DNA of 64,000 bases from Candidatus Woesearchaeota archaeon. GTDB lineage: Archaea > Nanobdellota > Nanobdellia > SCGC-AAA011-G17 > UBA489. Location of the stretch: positions 12,294-76,293 of the forward strand of contig JAERTB010000010.1 in NCBI GenBank assembly GCA_016845225.1, read 5' to 3'. Each line of letters starts with the position of its first letter. Position 1 is the stretch's first letter. Below, piece by piece: positions 45,231 to 53,484 of the stretch. The translations under genes and the position numbers were made by a program. The notes beneath the pieces are model-generated. The model was not told where the DNA came from, made no database searches, and worked only from the letters and a program-made list of their open reading frames with translations.

Positions 45231-46589
45231 ATGGTACTGGACAATCTTGGTGGAGCATTGAAAGAAGTGTTTAGGAAGATCACAGGATCTACCCACATTA
45301 GCGAACGCCTTATTACAGAGATTGTTAAGGAAATCCAAAGAGCATTATTGAGTGCTGATGTAAATGTTAAACTTGTTTTAGAATTGACTAAAAAGATTAA
45401 AACGAGGTCATTAGATGAAAAGCCTCCTTCTGGCGTAAATGCTAAAGAACACGTTGTAAAAATAGTTTATGAAGAATTAGTTGAGTTTTTTGGTAAGGAA
45501 AAACAAGGAATTGAAGTTGTAAAAAAGAAAGGCGAACCTTTCAAAATTATGAATGTTGGACTTTTTGGTGCAGGAAAAACAACAACTATTGGAAAATTAG
45601 CAAAATATTATTCTAATCGTGGAAACAAAGTTGCAGTTGTTGGATTGGATGTGCATCGCCCTGCTGCACACACACAATTAAAACAAATTGCAGATTCATT
45701 AAAGATTGATTCATTTACAAATGGAAAAATAAAAGATCCGGTTAAACTATGGAAAACTTTTGAAAAAGATTTGAAAGATTATGATTTGGTGATTGTTGAT
45801 ACTGCCGGAAGAGATGCATTAAGTGATGATTTAGTAAAAGAAATTGAAGATGTTTCTAAAGTCGTAAATCCTAACGAAATATTATTGGTTGTTAGTGCAG
45901 ATATGGGTCAAGCAGTTAAGGATCAAGCAGAAATGTTTCATAAAGCATGTGGCGTTACTGGAGTAGTTGTAAGTAAATTAGATGGAACTGCTAAAGGTGG
46001 AGGAAGTCTTAGTGCCTGTGCCGTTACTGGTGCACCAATTAAGTTCATAGGTATTGGGGAAAGACCAGAAGATATTGAAGTTTTTAATCCAGAAGGATTT
46101 GTTGGAAGATTATTGGGCCTTGGAGATTTAGAAGCTTTACTTGAAAAAGCAAAGGGTTCTTTGGACATGGAGAAAGCAGAAGATCTAAGTAAAAGAATGC
46201 TCAAGGGAGATTTTAATTTAGTTGATATGTATGAACAATTAAGTGCTATGAAAAAAATGGGGCCATTGAATAAAGTTATGGAAATGATTCCTGGTATGGG
46301 TGGAATGAAGATGCCTAAGGGTGCATTGGAAGGTCAACAAGAAAAAATGAAAACTTGGAAATTTGTTTTAGATAGTTGTACTAAGGAAGAGTTAGAAAAT
46401 CCTGATCTTTTGGGCAGAGAACGTGTTGAAAGAATTGCATCCGGAAGTGGAAGAGAAGTTTCAGACGTTCGAGAATTATTAAAACAATATAAACAAACTA
46501 AAAAAATGATGAAGATGATGAAGGGACAAAATCCTGAAAAAATGATGAAGAAATTTGGAAGTATGGGTGGCGGAAACCTTAAATTTTAA
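45231..46589 (+). CDS. srp54: Signal recognition particle protein SRP54
   Basis: N domain, G domain GLFGAGKTTTIGKLAKYY, DTAGRD, Met-rich C-terminal M domain (MMKMMKGQNPEKMMKKFGSMGGG). Confidence 0.95.
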   Translation: MVLDNLGGALKEVFRKITGSTHISERLITEIVKEIQRALLSADVNVKLVLELTKKIKTRSLDEKPPSGVNAKEHVVKIVYEELVEFFGKEKQGIEVVKKKGEPFKIMNVGLFGAGKTTTIGKLAKYYSNRGNKVAVVGLDVHRPAAHTQLKQIADSLKIDSFTNGKIKDPVKLWKTFEKDLKDYDLVIVDTAGRDALSDDLVKEIEDVSKVVNPNEILLVVSADMGQAVKDQAEMFHKACGVTGVVVSKLDGTAKGGGSLSACAVTGAPIKFIGIGERPEDIEVFNPEGFVGRLLGLGDLEALLEKAKGSLDMEKAEDLSKRMLKGDFNLVDMYEQLSAMKKMGPLNKVMEMIPGMGGMKMPKGALEGQQEKMKTWKFVLDSCTKEELENPDLLGRERVERIASGSGREVSDVRELLKQYKQTKKMMKMMKGQNPEKMMKKFGSMGGGNLKF

Positions 46590-46656
46590 GTTGTATTTTT
46601 TGTAATAATAATATTTATTAAGTGGTTTTTATTCTAAGATTTTAGAGGTGTTAGTG

Positions 46657-46758
46657 ATGAATCTTAAGTGTGAAAAATGTGGTAAAGAGTCTACCTCTCT
46701 TGATGAGACTTCTGTTTTATTGGGAGACTATTTTTGTGAAGAATGCAGAAGTGAATAA
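46657..46758 (+). CDS. Tiny C4 zinc-ribbon peptide (33 aa)
   Basis: MNLKCEKCGKESTSLDETSVLLGDYFCEECRSE; below the ORF-track size cutoff. Confidence 0.3.
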   Translation: MNLKCEKCGKESTSLDETSVLLGDYFCEECRSE

Positions 46759-46799
46759 TTTTTAATAAAATTTTTAAATTGAATGAGTTTTAGTAATTT

Positions 46800-47417
46800 A
46801 TGAAACTAATTGGAAATGGCGCAGAAGCTAATGTTTATTTAGATGGAACTAACAATAGTGTAGTTAAACGAAGAGTGCAGAAAACTTACCGTATTTCTGA
46901 AATCGATTCTAAGATGAGAGTTCATAGAACTAGAAGAGAAGCTAAAATTTTAAAGAAATTAGAAGGACTTTGTCCATTACTTCTAGATGTTGATGAGAGA
47001 AATGGGGAAATTATAATGGAGCATTTAGAAGGGCCAATGGTTAAAGAAGTTGTAGACGATTTTTCAAAGGACAAACGTGCAGAACTAATGAATTCTATTG
47101 GGTCCATAGTAGGTAAAATGCATACTTTAGATGTAGCTCATGCAGATTTAACTACTTCTAATATGATTTATTTAAATGGAGAAGTAAAACTTATTGATTT
47201 TGGGTTATCTTTTGTTACGGACAAGATTGAACATATGGCTGTAGATATTCATTTATTTAGACAAGCTCTTGAAAGTAAACACCATATGCATTATGAAATG
47301 TTATATGATAATTTTCTAAAGGGATATTCTTCTGGAAACTCAAATTCTTCTGAAGTATTTGAGAGATTAAAAAAAGTAGAAAAAAGAGGAAGATATAAAC
47401 GAAAAGGCGAAATATAG
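46800..47417 (+). CDS. Bud32/PRPK-type atypical Ser/Thr kinase (KEOPS subunit-like, RIO-like fold)
   Basis: LIGNGAEANVY (Gly-rich loop), catalytic HADLTTSNMIY, KLIDFGLS. Confidence 0.8.
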   Translation: MKLIGNGAEANVYLDGTNNSVVKRRVQKTYRISEIDSKMRVHRTRREAKILKKLEGLCPLLLDVDERNGEIIMEHLEGPMVKEVVDDFSKDKRAELMNSIGSIVGKMHTLDVAHADLTTSNMIYLNGEVKLIDFGLSFVTDKIEHMAVDIHLFRQALESKHHMHYEMLYDNFLKGYSSGNSNSSEVFERLKKVEKRGRYKRKGEI

Positions 47418-47455
47418 CAAATTATATAAACGCTTTTTTTGATTGAAATTTAAAT

Positions 47456-47528
47456 AGCCCTGTAGTGTAGTGGTCTAGCATAGGGGATTTTGGGTCCCTT
47501 GACCCAGGTTCAAATCCTGGCAGGGCTA
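47456..47528 (+). tRNA. tRNA-Gln (anticodon TTG)
   Basis: AGCCCTG-TA-GTGT-AGTGGTCTA-GCAT-A-GGGGA-TTTTGGG-TCCCT-TGAC-CCAGG-TTCAAAT-CCTGG-CAGGGCT-A; 7-bp acceptor, anticodon loop TT-TTG-GG. Confidence 0.8.
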
Positions 47529-47649
47529 GTTATTATCATGAAAAGTCTTATAAACCCATTTTGACTTTCTCGATTAAACATTAAAGGGTGTGTGAGTGAG
47601 AACTTGCATATGCCAGAAATGATTTTCTGGATCCTTTAACTAAATAAAA

Positions 47650-48105
47650 ATGGCAAGAGCATATTCAAGAAAGAAAGGAAAAAGCAACAGTACTAGACCC
47701 GTTAATATAGATAATTCTGAATGGGCTAATAAAGATGCTAAGCTGATTAAACAAACTATCTTAGATCTTGTTAAAGATGGAAAGAGTGCAAGTGAAATTG
47801 GAATGATCTTAAGAGATTCTTATGCTGTTCCAGATGTTAAAGCATTATTGGGAATGAAACTTGGAAAAGTTTTAATCGAGGGAGAAGTTACTCGTGAGGT
47901 TCCTGAAGATTTATTAGCTTTGATTAGAAGAGATATTGCACTTGCAAAACATAGAGAAACAAATCATAAAGATATGACTTCTAAAAGAGGTCAACAACTT
48001 ACTCTTAGTAAAATTAACAAACTTGTAGATTATTATAAATCTAAAGGCGTATTAGCTAAAGATTGGACTTACAATAGAGAAAAAGCAGTTCAGTGGATTG
48101 TTTAA
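47650..48105 (+). CDS. rps15: Ribosomal protein S15 (uS15/S13e type)
   Basis: MARAYSRKKGKSNSTRP...; 151 aa, archaeal uS15 pattern. Confidence 0.9.
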   Translation: MARAYSRKKGKSNSTRPVNIDNSEWANKDAKLIKQTILDLVKDGKSASEIGMILRDSYAVPDVKALLGMKLGKVLIEGEVTREVPEDLLALIRRDIALAKHRETNHKDMTSKRGQQLTLSKINKLVDYYKSKGVLAKDWTYNREKAVQWIV

Positions 48106-48163
48106 TTCTTAATATACTTCGAAGTCTATATATGTTATTAAAAGCAAATTCTATTAGTTATTT

Positions 48164-49582
48164 ATGAAAGAGGAATTTTTGACTCATGTCAAAGATATGG
48201 CTGGTGAATTTTTAGAGTTAGTAGAGAATAGCTCTGCTCCTGTTAAGATTATAGGAAATTTAGATACTGATGGCATTACTTCTACTTCAATTTTGTGTAA
48301 GGCATTTGCTAGAAAAGGAATACCTTATTCTACCGCAATTGTTAAACAAGTAAATTCTGAATTAATTGAATCATTACAAAATGAAACTTTTGAAATTTTA
48401 ATTTTTGCTGATTTAGCAACTGCATTTATTGGAGAATTGAGCGAAACAATTGACAAACCAATTTTTGTATTAGATCACCATTTTCCTGAAATAAATGAAA
48501 AGAGAATTGGAAAGTTAAGACAGATTAATCCTCATTTTTTTTCAATAGATGGTCAAAAAGAAATTTCTGCTGCAGGAATATCCTATTTATTTGCAAAATC
48601 CCTTAGTGAATCTAATAGTGATCTTTCTTACCTTGCATTAGTTGGAGCAATTGGAGATATGCAAGAGAATTTAGGTTTTACTGGTATGAATAAATTAATT
48701 TTAGAAGACGCAATGGAAAGAGATATGGTCGAAAGAAAAGAAACTTTGAGAATATTTGGAATGCAGACTAAGCCAATTCATAAAGTTTTGGAGTATAGTA
48801 CTAATCCATATATCCCGGGAGTAACTGGAAATGAACGTTCTGCAATTAAATTTATTGAAGAAGCAGGTATAGACGTCTACGACAAAGCAAGAAATTTTAG
48901 AAAATTAGTTTCATTAAGTAAAGAAGAATTAGAAAAGTTAGTTAATGCTATTGAGATTAAAAAAACTCCTGGAACTGGTTCAGATGTTTTAGTTGGTCCA
49001 GTATTTTTATTAAAAAATGAAGAAGATGATAGTTTTAGAAAGGACTTGCGAGAGTTTTCAACACTGTTAAATTCATGTGGAAGAATGGGTTCTCCAAGTT
49101 TAGGTGTGGGCGTTTGTTTAGATGATTCTTATTCATGTAAAAAAGCATACGATTTGCTTAGAAGATATAGAAAAGAAATAATCGATGCATTAAATTGGTT
49201 TTATAACAACAGAAGAAGCGAAAAAGTTATTGAAAAAAATGGTTATGTAGCTATTTTGGCAGAATCAAATATCCGAGATACAATAATTGGAACCTTGGCA
49301 TCATTATTGGCTAAAAGTAATGTTTATTCTGAGGGCACCATCATATTATCTTCTGCTTATTCTTTGGATGGAATGATTAAGCTCAGTTTAAGGGCATCTG
49401 GAAATAAGACTGAGGTTGATTTAAGAGCTATTGTGAAGGAGATTATTGGAGATGGTCCTGGCTATGGTGGTGGCCATAAATTAGCTGCAGGAGCATCAAT
49501 TCCTCAAGATAGGGAAGATTCTTTTATTCGGAATGCATTGGCTTCATTAGATAAATATACTTCTGGAAGCCCTAAGGCTTAA
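48164..49582 (+). CDS. DHH/DHHA1 phosphoesterase, archaeal RecJ/Cdc45-GAN-like nuclease
   Basis: DTDGITS (motif II), LDHHFP (DHH motif), C-terminal DHHA1 GYGGGHKLAAGA. Confidence 0.8.
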   Translation: MKEEFLTHVKDMAGEFLELVENSSAPVKIIGNLDTDGITSTSILCKAFARKGIPYSTAIVKQVNSELIESLQNETFEILIFADLATAFIGELSETIDKPIFVLDHHFPEINEKRIGKLRQINPHFFSIDGQKEISAAGISYLFAKSLSESNSDLSYLALVGAIGDMQENLGFTGMNKLILEDAMERDMVERKETLRIFGMQTKPIHKVLEYSTNPYIPGVTGNERSAIKFIEEAGIDVYDKARNFRKLVSLSKEELEKLVNAIEIKKTPGTGSDVLVGPVFLLKNEEDDSFRKDLREFSTLLNSCGRMGSPSLGVGVCLDDSYSCKKAYDLLRRYRKEIIDALNWFYNNRRSEKVIEKNGYVAILAESNIRDTIIGTLASLLAKSNVYSEGTIILSSAYSLDGMIKLSLRASGNKTEVDLRAIVKEIIGDGPGYGGGHKLAAGASIPQDREDSFIRNALASLDKYTSGSPKA

Positions 49583-49642
49583 AATTAAGAGATTTGATTA
49601 ATAGAAAGATTTATAATTGAATTTCGGAGATTTTGGGTTAAG

Positions 49643-50221
49643 ATGGCAAAAGTTTCAGGTAAAAAAGTAACTCTTAGAAAGAAGAAAAAGAAATGGTTCA
49701 AGATAATTGCACCTAGTGAGTTTAAGAGTAAAAATGTTGGAGAAACTGTAGCTGTAGAACCAAATGATATGGTAAACAGAGTTCTAAAAGTAAATTTAAT
49801 GAGTTTGTTAGACGATTATAAGAGGCAAAATGTTAATATTAAATTTAAAGTAGAAGCTGTAAATGATGATAATGCAGTGTGTAAAACTGTAGGGTATGAA
49901 TTAATTAAATCACAATCAAGAAGATTCACTAGAAAGGGTGCAGATAAAATGGATGATTCCTTTATCGCAGTTTCAAAAGATGGTGTTAAATTAAAAATTA
50001 AACCTGTTGTAGTAACAAGGCATAGAGTTTCTGTTGGAGTTGTTAAGGCACTAAGGGCTAAGGCAAAAGAATATGTTTTGGACAAGGTTAAAGAATTAGA
50101 TTCTAAAGATGTTTTCCAATCTGTTATTCAAATGAAGATTCAAAGAGAAATGAAAGTAGCTTTGAACAAGGTTTGCCCAGTAGGCCCTTGTGAAATTAGA
50201 TCTTTAAGCTTAGTTAACTAA
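49643..50221 (+). CDS. rps3ae: Ribosomal protein S3Ae (eS1)
   Basis: MAKVSGKKVTLRKKKKKWFKIIAPSEF...; archaeal eS1 N-terminus. Confidence 0.9.
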   Translation: MAKVSGKKVTLRKKKKKWFKIIAPSEFKSKNVGETVAVEPNDMVNRVLKVNLMSLLDDYKRQNVNIKFKVEAVNDDNAVCKTVGYELIKSQSRRFTRKGADKMDDSFIAVSKDGVKLKIKPVVVTRHRVSVGVVKALRAKAKEYVLDKVKELDSKDVFQSVIQMKIQREMKVALNKVCPVGPCEIRSLSLVN

Positions 50222-50245
50222 ATTAGGATAACTTTTAAATAGTTT

Positions 50246-50485
50246 TTGTTGTATTATATTTCTATGAAAGAAAAAAGTGTGATCATTGTTGCTTTATCTA
50301 TGATAATGCTTTCCTTTATTGCAAGTAGTTTTGATAGTAGTGAAACTGTTACTGGAAAAGTAGTTGTTGAAGAAAGTGAATGTACTTCAGATTTATATTT
50401 ATTAAATGGAAAATATGTTGTTCCTTGTGAATTTGGAAAATTAACTTGGGAAGATCAACAATTATTGCATTATACTTTCGAATAA
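50246..50485 (+). CDS. Small signal-anchored secreted protein
   Basis: MKEKSVIIVALSMIMLSFIASSFDSSETVTGKVVVEESEC...; shares the post-anchor TGKVVxEE motif with 21992..22378. Confidence 0.4.
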   Translation: MLYYISMKEKSVIIVALSMIMLSFIASSFDSSETVTGKVVVEESECTSDLYLLNGKYVVPCEFGKLTWEDQQLLHYTFE

Positions 50486-51378
50486 ATTAATAAGTTTAAT
50501 TTTAGTTTTTTATGAGTAATTTCTTTATTTTCTATTAGTTTGATTGTTTCTGGTTTGAATGTTTCAAAGTCTTTTGGATGGTTTGTTAAAATTGCTAGTT
50601 TGTTATTTAATTTTGTTTCTGCTAATTTAAAGATATCATGAATTAGTTTGTAGGGTCCTTTTTTCTTTTTTGAAAAAACAACATGGGTAATTATATAATC
50701 TGATTTTTCTAGTTTCAATATTTCTTTTGAATTAAATTTGATTTCTTTCTTTGCTAATTTTGCATTTATTCTAGCATTTCTGAGGTTATTTGAATGGAGA
50801 TCATTTGCTGAAACATTTATGTTTTGTAAAGCTGCTTCAATTGGTATGATTCCATCTTTAGATTCTATACATATTAATGTTTCATCTTTTTTTATGTTTA
50901 GATATTTTATTACTGCTGCTGCGAGAGTTGCAGGTGTTGTTTGATTATGTAAATTGAATCTATATTCTCTTTTTGGAATAACATCTTTTGAAATTCCTAT
51001 AGTGCATTTGTTTTCTACTATGTCTATGATTATAGTATTATTATAATCTTTTGGAGAATAGTTTAGTGGATTGTTTTCTCCAATCGCTTTTCCACATGCT
51101 TGCTCTACCTCCATACTAGTTAGAATATCGTGAGATTCAAAAGAACATTTACATTTGTAAGTTCCTTCAATGTTTAATTTTAATTTTTTTATTTCATTAG
51201 TTATGTCTGTTAATGTTTTGAATTTAAACGATGTTAAAAGTTCATAAACTGAATCTAGAGTTCTGTAGCATTCTTTTAAGGTGTTGAATTCTACTCTTCC
51301 AGGAGAGTTTAATTTGCCGTTTGTTTCAGAAATAGCTGCTTCTTCTAATCCCTTAATTGTTTTTCCTATAAATGTCAT
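50470..51378 (-). CDS. THUMP/Trm14-RlmL-like putative RNA methyltransferase homolog with degenerate SAM-binding motifs
   Basis: PATLAAAVIKYL (the LAAAL block that follows THUMP in Trm14/RlmL/TrmN). The expected DPFCGSG motif I is CIESKDG and no DPPY motif IV is visible. Confidence 0.55.
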   Translation of the reverse strand: MTFIGKTIKGLEEAAISETNGKLNSPGRVEFNTLKECYRTLDSVYELLTSFKFKTLTDITNEIKKLKLNIEGTYKCKCSFESHDILTSMEVEQACGKAIGENNPLNYSPKDYNNTIIIDIVENKCTIGISKDVIPKREYRFNLHNQTTPATLAAAVIKYLNIKKDETLICIESKDGIIPIEAALQNINVSANDLHSNNLRNARINAKLAKKEIKFNSKEILKLEKSDYIITHVVFSKKKKGPYKLIHDIFKLAETKLNNKLAILTNHPKDFETFKPETIKLIENKEITHKKLKLNLLIYSKV

Positions 51379-52359
51379 TTAAATTTTCTCTGCTAAATAA
51401 ATATTATTTTTATTTTCTATAATCTTTAAATTGATTTTATCTCCTTGGTTTGCACTACATTTTTTTACAGTGATATTTCTATTTTTGTAAGCTACAATCT
51501 TTTGATTTTCAAACCAGCCGTCTTCTAGAATTGAAGTATTTATTTTTTCCCCTATGTCTATGGTTGTTCCCAACTTACTTGATTTTTCTATTTCTAATTC
51601 TCCTTTTTGATAGGTTAATTTAACATCATGTTTCTTTTCCCAGTCTTCTAATTGTTTGTAGAACTTGTAGTAGTTTTGTTTTTTGATTCCTTTTGGTTTT
51701 CTACTGTATTTGTAAGTTTCATATTTCTGAATTCCTAGTTTACAGTTTAATTTTTTTGAAAGAAGGATAATATTTTCTATTTCTTTGTCGTTGATGTTTG
51801 GAAGATAAACTGGTGCAAGCAAAAGTTCTATTTTTGATTTTGAAATGTGTTCTGCAACTTCCAATACTTTCTTTAAATCGTAAGTGTCTGTACCCATTAG
51901 AATTTTTGCTTGTTCTGGGTCTGTTGTGTGAATGCTTAGATGTATTCTATTTAATCCGGCTTTTTCTAACCTGTCAATTCTTTCTTTTGTGAAATATGTT
52001 CCATTACTCTGCATTGAAATAAAATGTACTTTTTTATTTTTCTTTATTTCAGTGATTAAATATTCTAATTCCGGATAAGAAGCAGGTTCTCCAACTGAAT
52101 CAATATTTACATGAATTTTTTCTTGCTTTAAATCAATAATTTTGTTTACTTCTTCAATTAAATAATTAGGTTCTATTTTGTAACCTGTTTTATGTGTGCT
52201 TGATTTTGGTCCTGCATCTGTTGAACAGAAAATACATGACAAGTTACAAGTTGAAATTGGCCGTACTTGTAAAAGAGAACTGCCTCTATCTATGATTCCG
52301 AAGGCTATGTTGCCCATTAAAGGTATTCCTGATTCTTTTGTTATTTCTACTGTTTTCAT
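51379..52359 (-). CDS. Radical SAM enzyme with C-terminal TRAM-like barrel (likely RNA modification)
   Basis: CNLSCIFCST (CxxxCxxC) near the N-terminus. C-terminal ~60 aa (ITVKKCSANQGDKINLKIIENKNNIYLAEKI) fits a TRAM pattern. Start abuts the previous gene's stop. Confidence 0.7.
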   Translation of the reverse strand: MKTVEITKESGIPLMGNIAFGIIDRGSSLLQVRPISTCNLSCIFCSTDAGPKSSTHKTGYKIEPNYLIEEVNKIIDLKQEKIHVNIDSVGEPASYPELEYLITEIKKNKKVHFISMQSNGTYFTKERIDRLEKAGLNRIHLSIHTTDPEQAKILMGTDTYDLKKVLEVAEHISKSKIELLLAPVYLPNINDKEIENIILLSKKLNCKLGIQKYETYKYSRKPKGIKKQNYYKFYKQLEDWEKKHDVKLTYQKGELEIEKSSKLGTTIDIGEKINTSILEDGWFENQKIVAYKNRNITVKKCSANQGDKINLKIIENKNNIYLAEKI

Positions 52360-52411
52360 AAAATTATTGCCGTTTAGGCCCTTTAAAAGTATTTTGAGAA
52401 GAATTTTTGAG

Positions 52412-53410
52412 TTATTTTTGTTTAGGATAAACTTCTCTTCCCATGAAGATTTTTTCAGTTTTTACTGCAATACCTTCATCAGTTCCCAGAATCTCTTTTG
52501 CTGTTTTTTTAGCAGTTCCCAATCCTACTAATTCTCCTTTTAATGTAAGTATGGCTACTTGAATATTTGGAGAAACGTCTTCAGTTACTTTAGAAATTCC
52601 TTGGGTTGCTAAAGGAGCACCATGACAAATATTGGAAACTGCAGAATCCATGATCCAAACTTTTGGAAAATATTTTATTGCATTTTCAAAAGGTTCAATT
52701 ATTTTCTTTAATGGTTCCTCGTTATTTTCTTTTTTGTAAACTTCATAGGCATCTGTTAAATCTTGTAGGGTGTGCCACGTATTTTCTTTAAATGGTCCTG
52801 CCTTAGTTCTGATTAATTGCACCATATGTGCTCCAGAGCCTAAATCTAGCCCCATATCATGAATTAACTTTCTGATGTATGTACCTGCCTCACAACCCAC
52901 TCTGAATAATACATAGTTGTCTTTTATTTCTAAAATTTCACTGTAATAAATTTCTCTTGATCTTAACCTTCTTTTTACTGCCGAACGAACAGGGGGTAAT
53001 TGTTTTATTTTGCCCATAAATTTTTCAAAAGTTTTTTTTATTTTTTCTTCTGATGGTGCATCGTGAATTCTCATCAATGCGATATACTCTTTTCCTGCTG
53101 GAAGAAGTGTTTGAACAATTCTTGTTGCATCTTCTAACGCTACTGGTAATGATCCAGTTACTTTTGGATCTAATGTTCCTGAATGTCCGGTTTTTTTTAA
53201 GTTTAATATTTTTTTTACATAGTCTGCAATTAAATGTGAGGATGGTCCGGACGGTTTATTGATATTAACAATGCCATAATTGATTAAATCTTGAATTTTT
53301 CTAGCTTCTGGGGGGCAGCCGAAGGCAATATCTGTTTCAGCATCCCTTCTAATTAGAACTTTTTGATTATTTCTTTCTGAAGGGAGTAATAACTCATTTT
53401 TTTGTTTCAT
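52412..53410 (-). CDS. cbf5: H/ACA RNP pseudouridine synthase Cbf5 (TruB family, PUA domain)
   Basis: GHSGTLDPKVTG catalytic motif; C-terminal PUA (VWIMDSAVSNICHGAPL). Confidence 0.9.
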   Translation of the reverse strand: MKQKNELLLPSERNNQKVLIRRDAETDIAFGCPPEARKIQDLINYGIVNINKPSGPSSHLIADYVKKILNLKKTGHSGTLDPKVTGSLPVALEDATRIVQTLLPAGKEYIALMRIHDAPSEEKIKKTFEKFMGKIKQLPPVRSAVKRRLRSREIYYSEILEIKDNYVLFRVGCEAGTYIRKLIHDMGLDLGSGAHMVQLIRTKAGPFKENTWHTLQDLTDAYEVYKKENNEEPLKKIIEPFENAIKYFPKVWIMDSAVSNICHGAPLATQGISKVTEDVSPNIQVAILTLKGELVGLGTAKKTAKEILGTDEGIAVKTEKIFMGREVYPKQK

Positions 53411-53434
53411 TTTTTGCTTTTTTTATAAATAGAT

Positions 53435-53446
53435 AAGGTTTAAATA
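53435..53446 (+). promoter_or_regulatory. Archaeal BRE/TATA promoter (aaGGTTTAAATA) for the giant surface-protein gene
   Basis: Consensus word ~48 nt before ATG ~53494, with agaggg RBS-like motif in between. Confidence 0.45.
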
Positions 53447-53484
53447 GGTATTCTATTCATTTGTATTAGTGTTAAAGAGGGAAA

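Noticed and set aside
45938-46204. 88-aa minus-strand ORF, Pro/Ser-rich
   Set aside because: Antisense to SRP54 G domain.
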